From: Octopus sinensis
Lineage: Eukaryota
Assembly (NCBI RefSeq): GCF_006345805.1
Contig: NC_042998.1
Coordinates: 178,312,001-178,376,000, forward strand
Direction of reading: 5' to 3'
Length of the DNA stretch: 64,000 nt
Shown: positions 13,460 through 25,674 of the stretch, piece by piece
Layout: the number at the start of each line of letters is the position of its first letter
Position numbering within the stretch: position 1 is the stretch's first letter
Made by a program: the position numbers and the translations under genes
The notes under the pieces: model-generated
Seen by the model: only the letters and a program-made list of their open reading frames with translations
The model's database searches: none
Told to the model about the DNA's origin: nothing

Positions 13460-14072
13460 CTAGCAGTATCGCCCGGCGTTGCTCGGGTTTGTTTCGACCC
13501 TTTAGAATTGGAATTTTTGAAAAGTAAAAATTTTGCATTATGTAGCTATGTAGCTTTTTATTCTCTTTAAGTGAACATTTTTATGGTTGAAATACACCCG
13601 AAAAATGGCGACATAGCTGTCAAAAAATCGTAAAAAATAGGGATTTTCATAGAAAAAAAAGCACCTTTTTGATGTAAATAATTTTTGGTCTTAACATGGT
13701 CCGATTTGAATTTATCTTCTACGGAATGAAGAGCAATCCTTCTTATATCATACTCTCAATTTTGGTCAACTTGCGCCGCAGGGTCTCGGAAGATATAGTG
13801 TTAGTTGAAGGCTACCAAACCTGCCACACACAGATAACTTCAGTTTTATAAATCTGACCACGTGTGTACCGTTGGCGATTTTTTTTTCCTCTGTCTTCCC
13901 TTCTCTGGATCTTTCCTTCTCCTATGTTTCCGACGAAGAGTTCCGCTCGAAACATTAAACCCTCCTTCTTTCCTGAGCGTCCAATAATACTATATTTGTT
14001 CCACGTCCTCGCGTTGTTGTGTTTTTTTGTGCTTTCTTGTTTGGATTAACTTCAGTTTTATATATATATAGA
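13460..14072 (-). mobile_element. Non-autonomous Helitron
   Basis: Minus strand A|TCTATATATATA...CCCGAGCAACGCCGGGCGATACTGCTAG|T: 5'-TC, subterminal GC hairpin, 3'-CTAG, AT insertion site, no TSD. Confidence 0.85.
13926..13960 (+). ncRNA. Degenerate minimal type I hammerhead ribozyme (Penelope-type) in a ~200-bp insert
   Basis: GTTT-CCGACGA-A-GAGT(TCC)GCTC-GAAA-CA-TT-AAAC. Stem I GTTT/AAAC, stem II GAGT/GCTC; core has a U4->C change. Confidence 0.55.
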
Positions 14073-14922
14073 TTAAGGTGGCGAGCAGGCATAATCAGTA
14101 GCCGATCGGACAAAATGCTTAACAGTATTAGCATTTATTCTGGCTCTTTACTCTCTGCTCTCAAAACCCGCCATGCTTTCGGGAACGATACAATAGGTGG
14201 TGGAGCTCAATACAATCGACTAAAACCCTCCCCGTAAAACTGCTGCCTTTGTGTCAAAATTTGAAGCTATTATTATGTGTAATGTTTTTATTATTCTCCT
14301 GGTTTCACTCACTCGACTGCAGTTATACCGGGACATGACACTGAACGCTTTAATTGATAGTATCTACCCAAGTGCATATTTCTGCCTAGTACTTATTTTC
14401 AAAATGCATTTTTATCGAATCGCTAAGTATTGTTCCATGTGACTGTCGCTGAGACTGTGTGTACGCGTTTGTACCGATGTATATATTTCTCTCTCTTTCT
14501 CTTTCTCTCTCTCTCTCTCCCTTTCTCGCTCTCTCTCTCTCCCTCTCTCTCTCTCTCTTTCTCGTACACACACACACACACACACACCAGTGAACAAACG
14601 AAAGAAAGTAGCACTCCTACGCGTTCACGAAACTTTAAGTCATGCGGGTCTGAGTTCAAGTGCAATTGTATACACACACACAAATATTAATTAGAAGCTG
14701 CGCTGGAATTGCAAAAATTATCGAACACATACACTCAATGAACAAAATTTGGCACCGTAGTGTTATCAATCGGCTGCCTTTGGCGCAGTGGACAAGACGC
14801 CATTAAAGCGCCAGATTTTAAAACACCTGAAGGTCATGAACAGGCGAGACAATTCACTCCAAATCCCATTCAGGAGCACTGGACATCGATGCTTCGCCAT
14901 TTTTGTGGCTTATCAACATCAC

Positions 14923-14925
<3 letters not shown>

Positions 14926-14959
<34 letters not shown>

Positions 14960-15915
14960 TGTATGTATGTATGTATGTATGCATGTATGTATGTATTTAT
15001 GTATGTGTGCATGTATGTATATATGTATGTATATATGTATGTATGTATGTATGCTGTGTCAGGTCACTTTTGAGTGCTACTGGTAACATGTAACCCAGTA
15101 CAACCTGTTGCATGGTCGGGTCGTCTGCGACTAAACCGGCAACCCCACCAAGCTTGCTTGGTGAGGAGGGTATTTATTGGACACCCTGCGGGATGAAAAA
15201 CAAAACCCGTCAAAGAGCGAAGGAACTCTTGAGAGTCAACGGCCATCCAATAAATGTCTTAAGGCTGGATCATGCGCGGGGACATAGAAATAATCGGACT
15301 GAATACCAGATCGCGCGGTTAAACCATTGGGAGTGAAGGACTTCTAGCCTTTGTTAGGGCATCCTTCTAGGAGAAGGTAACTCAGGCAACTGGGATAACT
15401 CCGATATAAAACCTGCGGCTCAGTGGTTACCGATGATGTTGACTTGTTCTTCTTTTCGGATTATGGCTGCTGTTGCTTAGTGAGTGGGATTGACTCAGTG
15501 CACAGCCTTTCTCCATTTAAAAAAAAATCTTCTTGCACAGTCATTGCACGATAACAACATTGATTAAGCTTCGTACAATGGCCATACTCGATAACGAGGG
15601 GGCAGCCACTATGTATGTATGTATGTATGTATGTATGTATGTATGTATGTATGTATGCATGTATGTATGTGTGCATGTATGTATGTATGTATGCATGCAT
15701 GTATGTATGTATGTACTATGTATGTATGTGTGTATGCATGTATGTATGTATGTGTGCATGTATGTATGTATTTTTATATGTATGTATGTATGTATGTATG
15801 TGTGTATGTATATGTATGTGTGTATGTATGCATGTATATGTGTGCGTATGTATGTATGTGTATGTATGTATGTATGTATGTATGTATGTATGTATGTATG
15901 TATGTATGTATGTAT
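14926..15915. repeat. Two long (TATG)n arrays flanking a ~555-bp insert
   Basis: Direct inspection; source of the MYVC/HTYI junk ORFs. Confidence 0.9.
15054..15609 (+). mobile_element. Non-autonomous retroelement, RTE-5'UTR-like
   Basis: Contains CTAGGAGAAGGTAACTC, resembling RTE 5' UTR motifs (recalled, not verified). 15135-15230 has a diverged copy at 19390-19495. Confidence 0.45.
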
Positions 15916-16300
15916 ACGTGAATATTTGTATGTTTTGTTTTATGTATGTCTTCTCATGCACATACTTGTATATCTAGACATGCTCATATATATTTAAATG
16001 ATAAACTTCTGGAAAGTTTTAGAGATTTTTATAGTTCCAGTGATGGCTTGTATCTGTAGTCTTCGAATCAGCTTTCTCCTTTCAGGTTTCGAAAAGCTTA
16101 AGTTCTCAAGATTAGTATTTAGGCAGTGTGCTCCAATCAAATTATTATATCAGGTCTATTGTGTTTACATTTTATTGGGGGTCTTCACTGGAACATTCCA
16201 CCAGTACTCCTTTTTATTATGTGTGGGTATGGCTTCCACCATACTGTGAGTTCTTATTTCTTTGTCCTTTGAGTTATCCTTTCGACGGATCTCGTTATAC
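15916..16300 (-). mobile_element. R4/Dong-like (RLE) LINE 3' fragment, internally deleted
   Basis: Minus strand ..HNKKEYWWNVPVKT.. and LIRRLQIQAITGTIKISKTFQKFII*. Homologous to 38190-38900; runs into (TACA)n. Confidence 0.7.
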
Positions 16301-16304
16301 AGTA

Positions 16305-16582
16305 GGGTGGAGTGAAAATAAAGAATTGTGGAAACTGAAAATGCCTGTTGCTATATTTGATTACTAGAAAAATGTCAAATTTTCGCTTAGATCTAGCAAG
16401 GGTATTTACTCCCTCAAACCCCCTAAACTCCAAAAATGGGGTATTTTTGTAAATTTTTTACAATAGCGGAGTTGGGTGGGGGAACTGATCTAAGCAAAAA
16501 TTTAGTATTTTTCTAGTAATAATATATAGCAAGATTTTAGGCCTCGGGCACTTTCAATTACCACAATTTTTTCACTCCACCC
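16305..16582. mobile_element. TA-flanked MITE (Tc1/mariner-type), copy 1
   Basis: TIR GGGTGGAGTGAAAA / TTTTCACTCCACCC with TA on both sides and extended imperfect inverted arms. Confidence 0.85.
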
Positions 16583-16627
16583 TATATTGCACAATCTATA
16601 TACCCACACACACATATATGTGTGTTA

Positions 16628-16934
16628 GGGTGGAGTGAAAATAAAAATTGAAAATGCCTGAGGTCTAAATCTTACTATATAGTATTATTAGAAAAATACT
16701 AAATTTTTGCTTAGATCGGTCAAAGGATTTCCACCCTCAAACTCCCAAACTCCTCTATAGTAAAAAAATTTATAAAAATCCCCCATTTTCAGAGTTTAGG
16801 AGGCTCGAGGGAGTAAATGCCCTTGATTGATCTAAGCGAAAATTTAACAGTTTTCTAGTAATCAAATATAGCAACATTTTAGCCCCCAGGCATTCTCAAT
16901 TATTACAATTCTTTTTTTTATTTTCACTCCACCC
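16628..16934. mobile_element. Same MITE family, copy 2 in opposite orientation
   Basis: Same TIRs and TA TSD. Interior is the reverse complement of copy 1. Confidence 0.85.
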
Positions 16935-17105
16935 TATTATACATGATATTGTCCTAGCTACAGTATCATGTCTCATCAGTAAATAATACCGTGATGACAT
17001 TTTCGGACAGCTGCTTATGATGCGGGTGATATCTTCAGTGTTAATTCAACAAAGTATGAATCGATTGTCACATTTTACTGCTTTTCCTACATTTCTGTCC
17101 CTTAT

Positions 17106-17153
<48 letters not shown>

Positions 17154-17190
17154 GTAGGTAGGTAGGTAGGTAGGTAGGTAGGTAGGTAGG

Positions 17191-17256
<66 letters not shown>

Positions 17257-17645
17257 TAAAACTTACTTGGAAGAGAATGCGTGGCGTTCAATCGTATAAT
17301 ATTATAAACAATGTGTGTGTATGCGCGCGCGCGTGTGTGTGTGTGTGTGTGTGTATGTGTGCATGTGTGTGTGTATGTGTGTGTGTGTCTATGTGTGTGT
17401 GTGTGTATGTGTGTGTGAAGGCGCATGGCTCAGTGGTTAGAGCGTCGAGCTTAAGATCGTGATGAAACGGAAGACACAAATGGAAAACAAGTCTTTCGTT
17501 GTTCGAAAGAATAGTTCATGTTCTATGTTCTATGTACTCGTACTTCGTTCTTTTTTGTTGTACACATTTCATGACGTCCTGTGCCCACATATGCATATAT
17601 ATACTTATAGATGTATGTACATATACGTATGTAAATACACACACA

Positions 17646-17720
<75 letters not shown>

Positions 17721-17855
17721 AAGGGCTAAAAACCACTATGTGGTCAGCAATATGCTACAAGTAGATCACCTACGATCAAACTACGAAGAAAAGAATGTTC
17801 TCAAGAGAAAAATTCAGCGGACACCAGAACAATACGCGGGCAAGACATTATTTAA

Positions 17856-17928
<73 letters not shown>

Positions 17929-17939
17929 TATATATAGGG

Positions 17940-18508
17940 CAGCTTTTGAGGTAGCATGTAGCTTTTAAGATCTGCAAACAAATCCCTGACTTGATTTGGC
18001 ATATTCGTCATTTAAAAAATCACTTAAAATAATCTTCGAAAATAATCACTGGATTTCGCAATTAATTTCGATTATTCCCATAATTTATTTCCAATTTATA
18101 AAAATTGTTCTTGTACAAAAAAATTCGTAGCAAAAAAGTCACGTAAAAAATCGCCGAAAGCAATCACTAATGAAAACTTGAGAATATAAAATTTCAGAAT
18201 TACGGGATCGCATTTGGCCGGGAATACTTTTAATTTACTCACGGAGTCGGCCTTTCGATTATAAAAATTGTTATCGTACTAAAAATTCCATCGCAAAAAG
18301 TCACGTAAAAACATTGCCGAAAACAATCGCAGTAACGAAAACTTGGGAATTTCAGGATTTCGGGTTCGGATTCCGCCTGGAATGTTTTTAATTTACTCAC
18401 ACAGTCAGCCTGATTCCAAAATGGTATATGTTGGTCTACGGCCTCAATGAGTAAAGTTGAAAAAGTGTGACACACTGACACACTGATATTCGCATTTATT
18501 ATATTAGA
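17940..18508 (-). mobile_element. Helitron-like 5' fragment with internal subrepeats
   Basis: Minus strand begins A|TCTAATATAATAAATGCG. 18095-18265 repeats at 18258-18415. No 3' CTAG end found. Confidence 0.4.
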
Positions 18509-18726
18509 TGTAAGTATGTATATATGTATGTATGAGTTAAATCAAAGGATATTAAAGTGAAGGCACTGAAGAAGTTACACTGGTATTATAGTATGGTTAC
18601 AATTGCAACGGCTACTAGTCGATGCAGCAGAAACATGTGTAGATCTATTTGAGGCTGTATACATATAAAAAAAGAATTAAAGGTAATGCTAATGCTACTT
18701 CGTAATTATTATTATTATTATGCAAG

Positions 18727-19087
18727 ACGGTGATCTGGCAGAATCGTTAGCGCACAGGCCAAAATGCTTAGCGGCATTTTGCCTGTCGCTACGTTCCGAG
18801 TTCAAATTCCGCCGAGGTCGACTTTGCCTTTCATCCTTTCGGGGTCGATTAAATAAGTACCAGTTACGCAGTGGGGTCGATATAATCGACTTAGTCCGTT
18901 TGTCCTCTCTGCGTTTAGCCCCTTGTGGGTAGTAAAGAAATAGGTATTTTGCCTGTCGCTACGTTCTGAGTTCAAATTCCGCCGAGGTCGACTTTGCCTT
19001 TCATCCTTTCAGGGTCGATAAATTAAGTATCAGTTGAACACTGGGGTGATGCAATCAACTAGACCCCTGCCTACAAATTTGAGGCCT
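18727..19087 (+). mobile_element. SINE family B dimer (two Nin/Deu domains)
   Basis: Second unit starts right after AAAGAAATAG at GTATTTTGCCTGTCG and ends in a different tail. Confidence 0.85.
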
Positions 19088-19284
19088 ATATATATATATA
19101 TAGTTATCAAAGAATCCATTGGTCAGAAAAAATATACACTCGTATATTTGTCAATAGAGTTGGTATGTTAACCAAAGAATATAGTTTTACAGATCCATTA
19201 CAGCCGATCTTACAATCAATTTTGCACCAGATCACCGGATAACTAGACGGTTATGTAATAACATCCCTGCCATCTATCTATCTA

Positions 19285-19331
<47 letters not shown>

Positions 19332-19491
19332 CCCAACCACATGGTTCCGAGTTCAGTCCCACTGCCTGGTACCTTGGCCAAGTATCTCTCGGCAACGAAA
19401 CTGGCAACCCACATCAAGCTTATTTGCTGAGGAGGGTGATTGTTGGACACCCTGCAGGACGAAGAATAAGACATGACAAAGGGCGGAAGAG

Positions 19492-19532
<41 letters not shown>

Positions 19533-19609
19533 ATAGAAATGGCAAGACAACAAATGAATGAAAGAGACCTTGATATTATGTAAATAGAGTTTTTTTTTTT
19601 CGATGGTTC

Positions 19610-19670
19610 GATAACTGAAGAGATGCCGGCGTGGATTTCCGCCCCGACATCCGAAACTCAGCGTTTTATC
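19610..19670 (+). ncRNA. Type I hammerhead ribozyme motif
   Basis: Stem I GATAA/TTATC; core CTGAAGA; 14-bp stem II GATGCCGGCGTGGA/TCCGCCCCGACATC (2 mismatches); C-GAAA; stem III AC/GT around TCAGC; cleavage triplet GTT. Confidence 0.75.
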
Positions 19671-19732
19671 ATGGCTACCGAATAATTGTCACATACTATA
19701 TTTACAGATATATATTTATATATATATATATT

Positions 19733-19949
19733 ACTCTTTTACTTGTTTCAATCATTTGACTGCGGCCATGCTGAAGCACCACGTTTAGTCGAAGAAATCG
19801 ACCCCAGGTCTTATTCTTTGTAAGCCTAGTACTTATTTTATCGGTCGTTTTTGCCGAACCGCTAAGTTACGGGGACGTAAACACACCAGCATCGGTTGTC
19901 AAGCGATGTTGGGGGACAAACGCAGGCACAAATATATACACACACACAT

Positions 19950-19980
<31 letters not shown>
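19733..19980 (-). mobile_element. SINE family A, 3' half
   Basis: Reverse complement of the family A tail through the internal microsatellite. Confidence 0.85.
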
Positions 19981-20236
19981 TACATATCTACTACCATCCA
20001 CAGCGGGTCATTTTCGGGGCAGGTGACCATTCAACATACTACTGTCATGGCACTCCCACATTCTCCTTCTTCTTCCCTACCAAGAATTCACAACAACCTC
20101 GAACCCTCAAGAGTGAACAAGAGAGACAGAGACAGGCAGAAACAAGGAAAATGTCACTTGTATTTGAACACTATGCAAATATTCTTTTAAAAACTTTTCT
20201 TTGAATTTTTCCAAATTTAATTGTTTTCTATACTTA

Positions 20237-20271
20237 AAGTTGAAAAAGTCTCAATGACTGAAACCGGTACT
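20237..20271 (+). ncRNA. Highly degenerate minimal hammerhead-like motif
   Basis: AG-TTGAAAA-AGTC(TCAAT)GACT-GAAA-CCGG-TA-CT. Stem II and the palindromic ACCGGT stem III are intact; core deviates from CUGANGA at two positions. Confidence 0.35.
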
Positions 20272-21360
20272 GAAATTTTGATTTTCAGGTGATATCTGGA
20301 CCCAACTACAACTTTTCAGGTGTTTCCGAAAAAATGTAGGATTAACATCCCCTCTACTCTTAGTTTGCGTAATGCTCGCTTGGTCAGCTATAACGTCCTA
20401 TACTATTTATATCCATTGTAGCTGACTTGCGTTGATTGGTGCTGCTAGAAAGGTACAGGTATTACTTATTTTTTGCCCTTAAATATACCTTCTATGCAAC
20501 CAACTGATGGTGAAAATGGCAGTAATACAGCATGTGATTTTTACTATTACACAAGGTGTCAGTATAGATTAAACTTGAATGTTGTACAATGCAAGAGACT
20601 TATATGCAGAGCTATAGTGTTGTAGTACAGATCAGTACATACTTTGTTTTGCCATTTTTCATCCTAGACATCACTGATTCAGAAAATATTATACTCAGGC
20701 AACTGCTTGGTATCAAAGTTTGCGAGATTAGCAAGGCTCAGGCTGTATAATGTTTTTTTTTCTTTCTTATAGAGGCTACTAAATATCTGACACAATCTAT
20801 ACAATGATGATTTCTTCTTTCTCGTTACAGACCACGGATTATCTCATGCAGTGGTAATATTTAAGAAACATTCCTCTAACTTAATATTTTCCACCATGCT
20901 TTGTAAAAATGGGAAAATTTTCGATAGAAATGAAAATAAACGTACACTTTTCATTTAAATAAATTCCATTTTTGTTTTGTTTTGTTTTTAGTTTTATTTT
21001 ATAGTTTATATCATATCGACCGGACAATAGACAGAACGACAAGCGCTAATTACTTACACTCCTTCATATTCTCAATTGAATCACATCAGCATCTATTTTG
21101 CCTTGATGTGGTGCGTATCCAAACTACCTTTCCAGAAACCTGCAGCCTTGTAACCTATGTTAAAAATCATATACCCACATGAAAAACGTTTTTGTTTATT
21201 CTACTTATGCGAGACTAGGACTCAACACTTCAAGCTAACGAATTCACAAAATTCTTGCTGCTACCAATGTTGATATCTATCATCCATAGAATACTCAGAA
21301 AGTTTTACTGAGAGGGAAAATGTTAGTTCAAGATTAGCTACATGAATATTATATAATACA

Positions 21361-21744
21361 CTAGCAGTATCGCCCGGCGTTGCTCGGGTTTGTAAGGGAA
21401 ATAACTATATAAGCATTTTTAAAGAGTTATAGCCAAAAAATAGCAAAAAAATGGAAAAAGAATTATGGTAAATTTGCTTTAAAATCGTTGACTCATCGTA
21501 GACATTTTTAGAGAGTTACTTCCCTTATATAATAGCGAAAAAATGCATTAAAATGGAAAAAAATGATAATTTTTTTTTTAAATCGTAGACTCATCGTAGA
21601 CGCGCGCTAATACCCAGAAGGGCTCGATATGAATCACGACTATAAGATACCTGGTTTTGGTTAAACTGCACCGCAAAATGTGGGAGTAGTTAGGAATCTA
21701 AATCGTAGGAGATAGACACACAACTTGACTTTTATATATAAAGA
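21361..21744 (-). mobile_element. Non-autonomous Helitron, same 3' terminus as 13460-14072
   Basis: Identical CTAGCAGTATCGCCCGGCGTTGCTCGGGTTTGT end. 5' A|TCTTTATATATAAAA; interior largely different. Confidence 0.85.
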
Positions 21745-23609
21745 TTAGATTTTTGTATCCCTTCATCAGAGGAAAAAAGCGGTAACCATGTCCTTTCACA
21801 TTTTCCAACGCCTCCGCGACAATAATGAGGAAAGGAGGTGAAGCTATCCTCGAACCAGAGATGTGTTCCGAATGCTTGCAACAGAGTGGACATCGCTAGA
21901 GATACAGATAAGATGGTGGAAAAAATAGGATCTGGTGTGTGAAACCGAAGAGACCTAAAGAGTTTTATTTTTTAAACATTTTTTTTTGTTAGTTTTTTCT
22001 TTACTGATTTACATAATTGCTGTAAACAAATTAATTTTCTGATCTCACTTTTCCCAAAGTCTATTCCAATGGTTTTCTATCGGAGACTAAAAAGAAGGAA
22101 TTTTTAGAAAAAGAGTTATTGTCTGTGACATTTTCCTGAAAATATGTCTATGTCCGTTTATGCTAAAATTCAGTTACCTAGTTGCAAAACTGTGTCTACA
22201 ACACGGAACATACATCCAATATTATATAGTAAGCTGTACTAAACGAGGCAGTTACACAGAATCGTAAGAGCGTCGAACAAAATGTTGTACGGTATTTAGT
22301 TACGGTACTTTTAAAAACAGTATATTAAGATGTATTTGATTTATTGATCATTGTTATAGTTAGGCCAATTCAGTCTGTAGCTACTAAACAAGTCAACAAA
22401 AAGACCTCCAAAGTGAAGCAGGATTGGTTGTTGTTCAATGCAAAATATAGAAGTTGACATCTTGTTGGAAAAGGAATAATCACACCCTTAGTGGCATGAG
22501 GTGAGAAGGATAAAGAGAAGCTACTCCACGAGAGAATTCTTCCATAGTTCAGATGGGGGAGTGGAAGCAAAAATGAAAACCAGTATAGTAACTTTGCATA
22601 TCTGGCAACGAATGAAGTGGCCTTAAAACAAACGATTTTTTAAACAGTTTTTACACTTGCTGAGATTATTTAATGTTATGTCTTGACCGTCATGGTATTC
22701 ATAAGAGCACTAATGGTGTAACTGAAGCAAAATGGCTTTAAATAAGAATCGAAGCCGATTACAACTTTTTAAAGGATTATCACTAGACAATATTGGCCGG
22801 ATTGTAATATGTCAGCTCGTCAACCAAAGGAAAACAATAGAATCCGAAAAAACCAATGATGGTCTGCATCGGTAAATAATAAATATAAAATATTCGAAAA
22901 GTAGAAAAAATTTTAAGTCTTTTGTTTTTTTTTTTATCGTCGTTTTTTACTAACGGGAAAGAGCAGAGCCCCTGACGCACCACAAGGTTTCTGATACTGG
23001 GGCAAACTGCTGCATGTCAGGTACTGAAGGAGAGGCAAAGTAAGAAGAGAATTCCCAAAGTGGCACAGAACTGGTTAAGTTGCTCTATGGAAAATGAAAG
23101 CAAATCTGAAAACAAATGCAGTAACATCTGGCAACGAAGCGAACATCGGCCTAATTTTTAAAAAAATGGAATGTAAAATGTTGATTTCTTACATGAATAC
23201 AAAGGCCTCAAATTTGAAGCAAAGTGACAGTTGGTAATATGTACCCTAGCAGTTAACGTGCAGTTTATTTTATCAATTTCGGAAGGATGAAAAGCAAAAT
23301 TGACATCGGCGTGGCTTCAACTCATAACTGAGCGGGAATGCCTGAAAGTTAGTGAATTATTCAAGGGAGGTAACTCTCATGCTACTTACGACTTGATCAC
23401 TAGTTTTATTATTTAAAGTTACATTTTAACGACTTTGAACGATAAAGGAGTGTAACTATTACTGTAACGGATTTTATGACACTAACCATTCTATTAGTTT
23501 GCTTCATATATTTTTTATTTTAATATTGGCGTGATTTTAAAATACACGGAGCTTATTCCACCAGTGTACAAATAAGGAGAGGTTCGTAAAGTGATTTCAT
23601 TTACGCCTA

Positions 23610-24120
23610 CGACTAGTAACAGTGAATATTGATCATGGATACTAAGACGTCAATGATGACCCAATGGCCCATCAAGGATTGTAGGGCATCAATCAAGAGT
23701 TGATAAACGCCAGCCCAAGTTTGCCTATCCTTTGTCTCACCAAAAGAGAGTTTTTTTTTTAACTCTAGAGGAAAAGGCTCAGCACCCATGCCACGAGACC
23801 AGTGAGAATGACTCTGCTGATTTCTTGAACTGCAAGTTGATAGCTGCAGAAGCAAATCTAGACAGCTGGAGAGGAAGTACTGAGAATAGTGGTTGATAAG
23901 GGGGGCCAGGATGTGGGATACAATAAGGGTGATGAAAGGAAAGAGAAGTTCTGTAGTCCCAATTGGATGTGGTACAAAATCATCCAACTCCCAAGAGCAG
24001 AGATTACAAGATTGTAGTAGCAGTAGAAAAGGCAGGTTCCCGAACAATATATCAATAGAACAGAGATTGAAGCGAGTTGATAAGTAGTCAATTGATTCAA
24101 CTGACCCTTGCAATGAAAGC
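23610..24120 (-). mobile_element. Old LINE (CR1/L2 group) ORF2 C-terminal remnant
   Basis: Degraded LQSL....LFYCYYN..CSWEL..HYSQYF motifs across frames. Related remnant at ~22380-22570. Confidence 0.4.
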
Positions 24121-25674
24121 CTTCTTCTACATAGTCAAAAGCACTTTATACATCTTACTTAACCAGTGGCAGTAACCAATAACTTGAACAACCCAACCAC
24201 CATACTTTTCAACATAGACTTGTCCAAATACCTTCACTTTTCTACTTTCTGCCAACATTCTTAACCCCTTCTTACCCAACAATTATTTTGAAAATAAATG
24301 TATTTTTTCAGACATATTTTTTAATTGTTTTATTTTACTATGTTTTGAATGGTGATTTCGAGGTATATTTCAAACCTTATTTATTATGAATTTTAATTCA
24401 ATAATATTGATTTTAAATTACCGCTTTGGGCAGAAACGAGTTAACCTGTTTTAGACGAAGGAACTCGTTTGCTGTCAATTTGGCGAGTCTATCTTTTGAC
24501 AAGTTAACTCGCCAGAGATAGAAAAAAACGATTTCGGTCAAAACGTATATATTCGTTTCTGCCGGGTAAGGGGTTAAAACATATTAGCAACAGAAACAGT
24601 GTTAATATCGAGAGGTAATATTTATCCCTACATAAATGTGCGTGTTTGTTAGAACAAATATGCTGCAGTAAATATAAACAAGCATGCATTTTGCACCAAA
24701 AGCCTATAGAATTTCTCTCTTAGTATCAACTGCAGTCTAGTTTGTTCGAACAGAACAACCACATTCCTGAAACTTGTATTTTTATTAAGACTGTCACATC
24801 ATAAGAGGGCTCCTGCCACATTTTTTGCAACACTATTTATTAAAATCCCTTCTAAGTCTTCTTTTAAGTGTTTTAAGCATCTTATATAAAAGAAAATTGA
24901 AAAACAAAAAACTGTCCTACCAACCTCAGTTTTTCGCCAACACGGTAAAAATGGACATTAAATGAGGGTGATGATGAAAATAAATTCAAAACCATGAAAA
25001 TTAATAAGACACCAAAGGTAAATCGTAGCATCCAAGAAGAATTTTCTTGTTCTTTTATTATTTGCTTCCAGTCACTTCTATCAGATAATACAAGATTCTA
25101 GGATACATTCAATGTTAGGCTATATTTCAAGTTAACACAAAAATGTCATTTTTTACTCATGTATGTATTTCCTTTTGCTAAATTTACATTAAAACAAAGC
25201 TTGTGGGGAGAAGGGTATAACAAAATATAGGCCTAAAAATTAATAGAATAAATGATAAGCCATAACATATGTTTGGTTGAACTTTTGGTTTTCACAAGAT
25301 AAGAATGGACTTCAGAAACTTCATAAAGAGATGGAAAATGCTACCGTCATAAAGAGATGGAAAATGCTACCTTTCTTACTCCAGATGAAAAGCAAGAGTC
25401 TGGTAATATATCAAGCATTATTAATCTGACAACTTGATAAAATATGACATTAGATCAGTTCACATTTTTGGTAAAGACTATCGATAAAACTAATTTTTTT
25501 TTTAAATGTACCTATTTTAAGTAATATGAAGAAAATTAATGGTAAAACCTCCGTACAATTCTTCCTTACATAAATTCAAAGTCTGAAGCATGATAACTGA
25601 GAAGATACAGTGTAAATGCGTTTCCATCAGTATTAACAGTGCTATACTGCTGTAGTTTTGAAGGGTGTAGTGTC

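Noticed and set aside
20668-20875. Acceptor-like sites suggesting + strand exons
   Set aside because: No consistent donor/frame chain and no recognisable peptide.
25321-25371. 26-bp tandem duplication
   Set aside because: Ordinary slippage duplication with no further structure.
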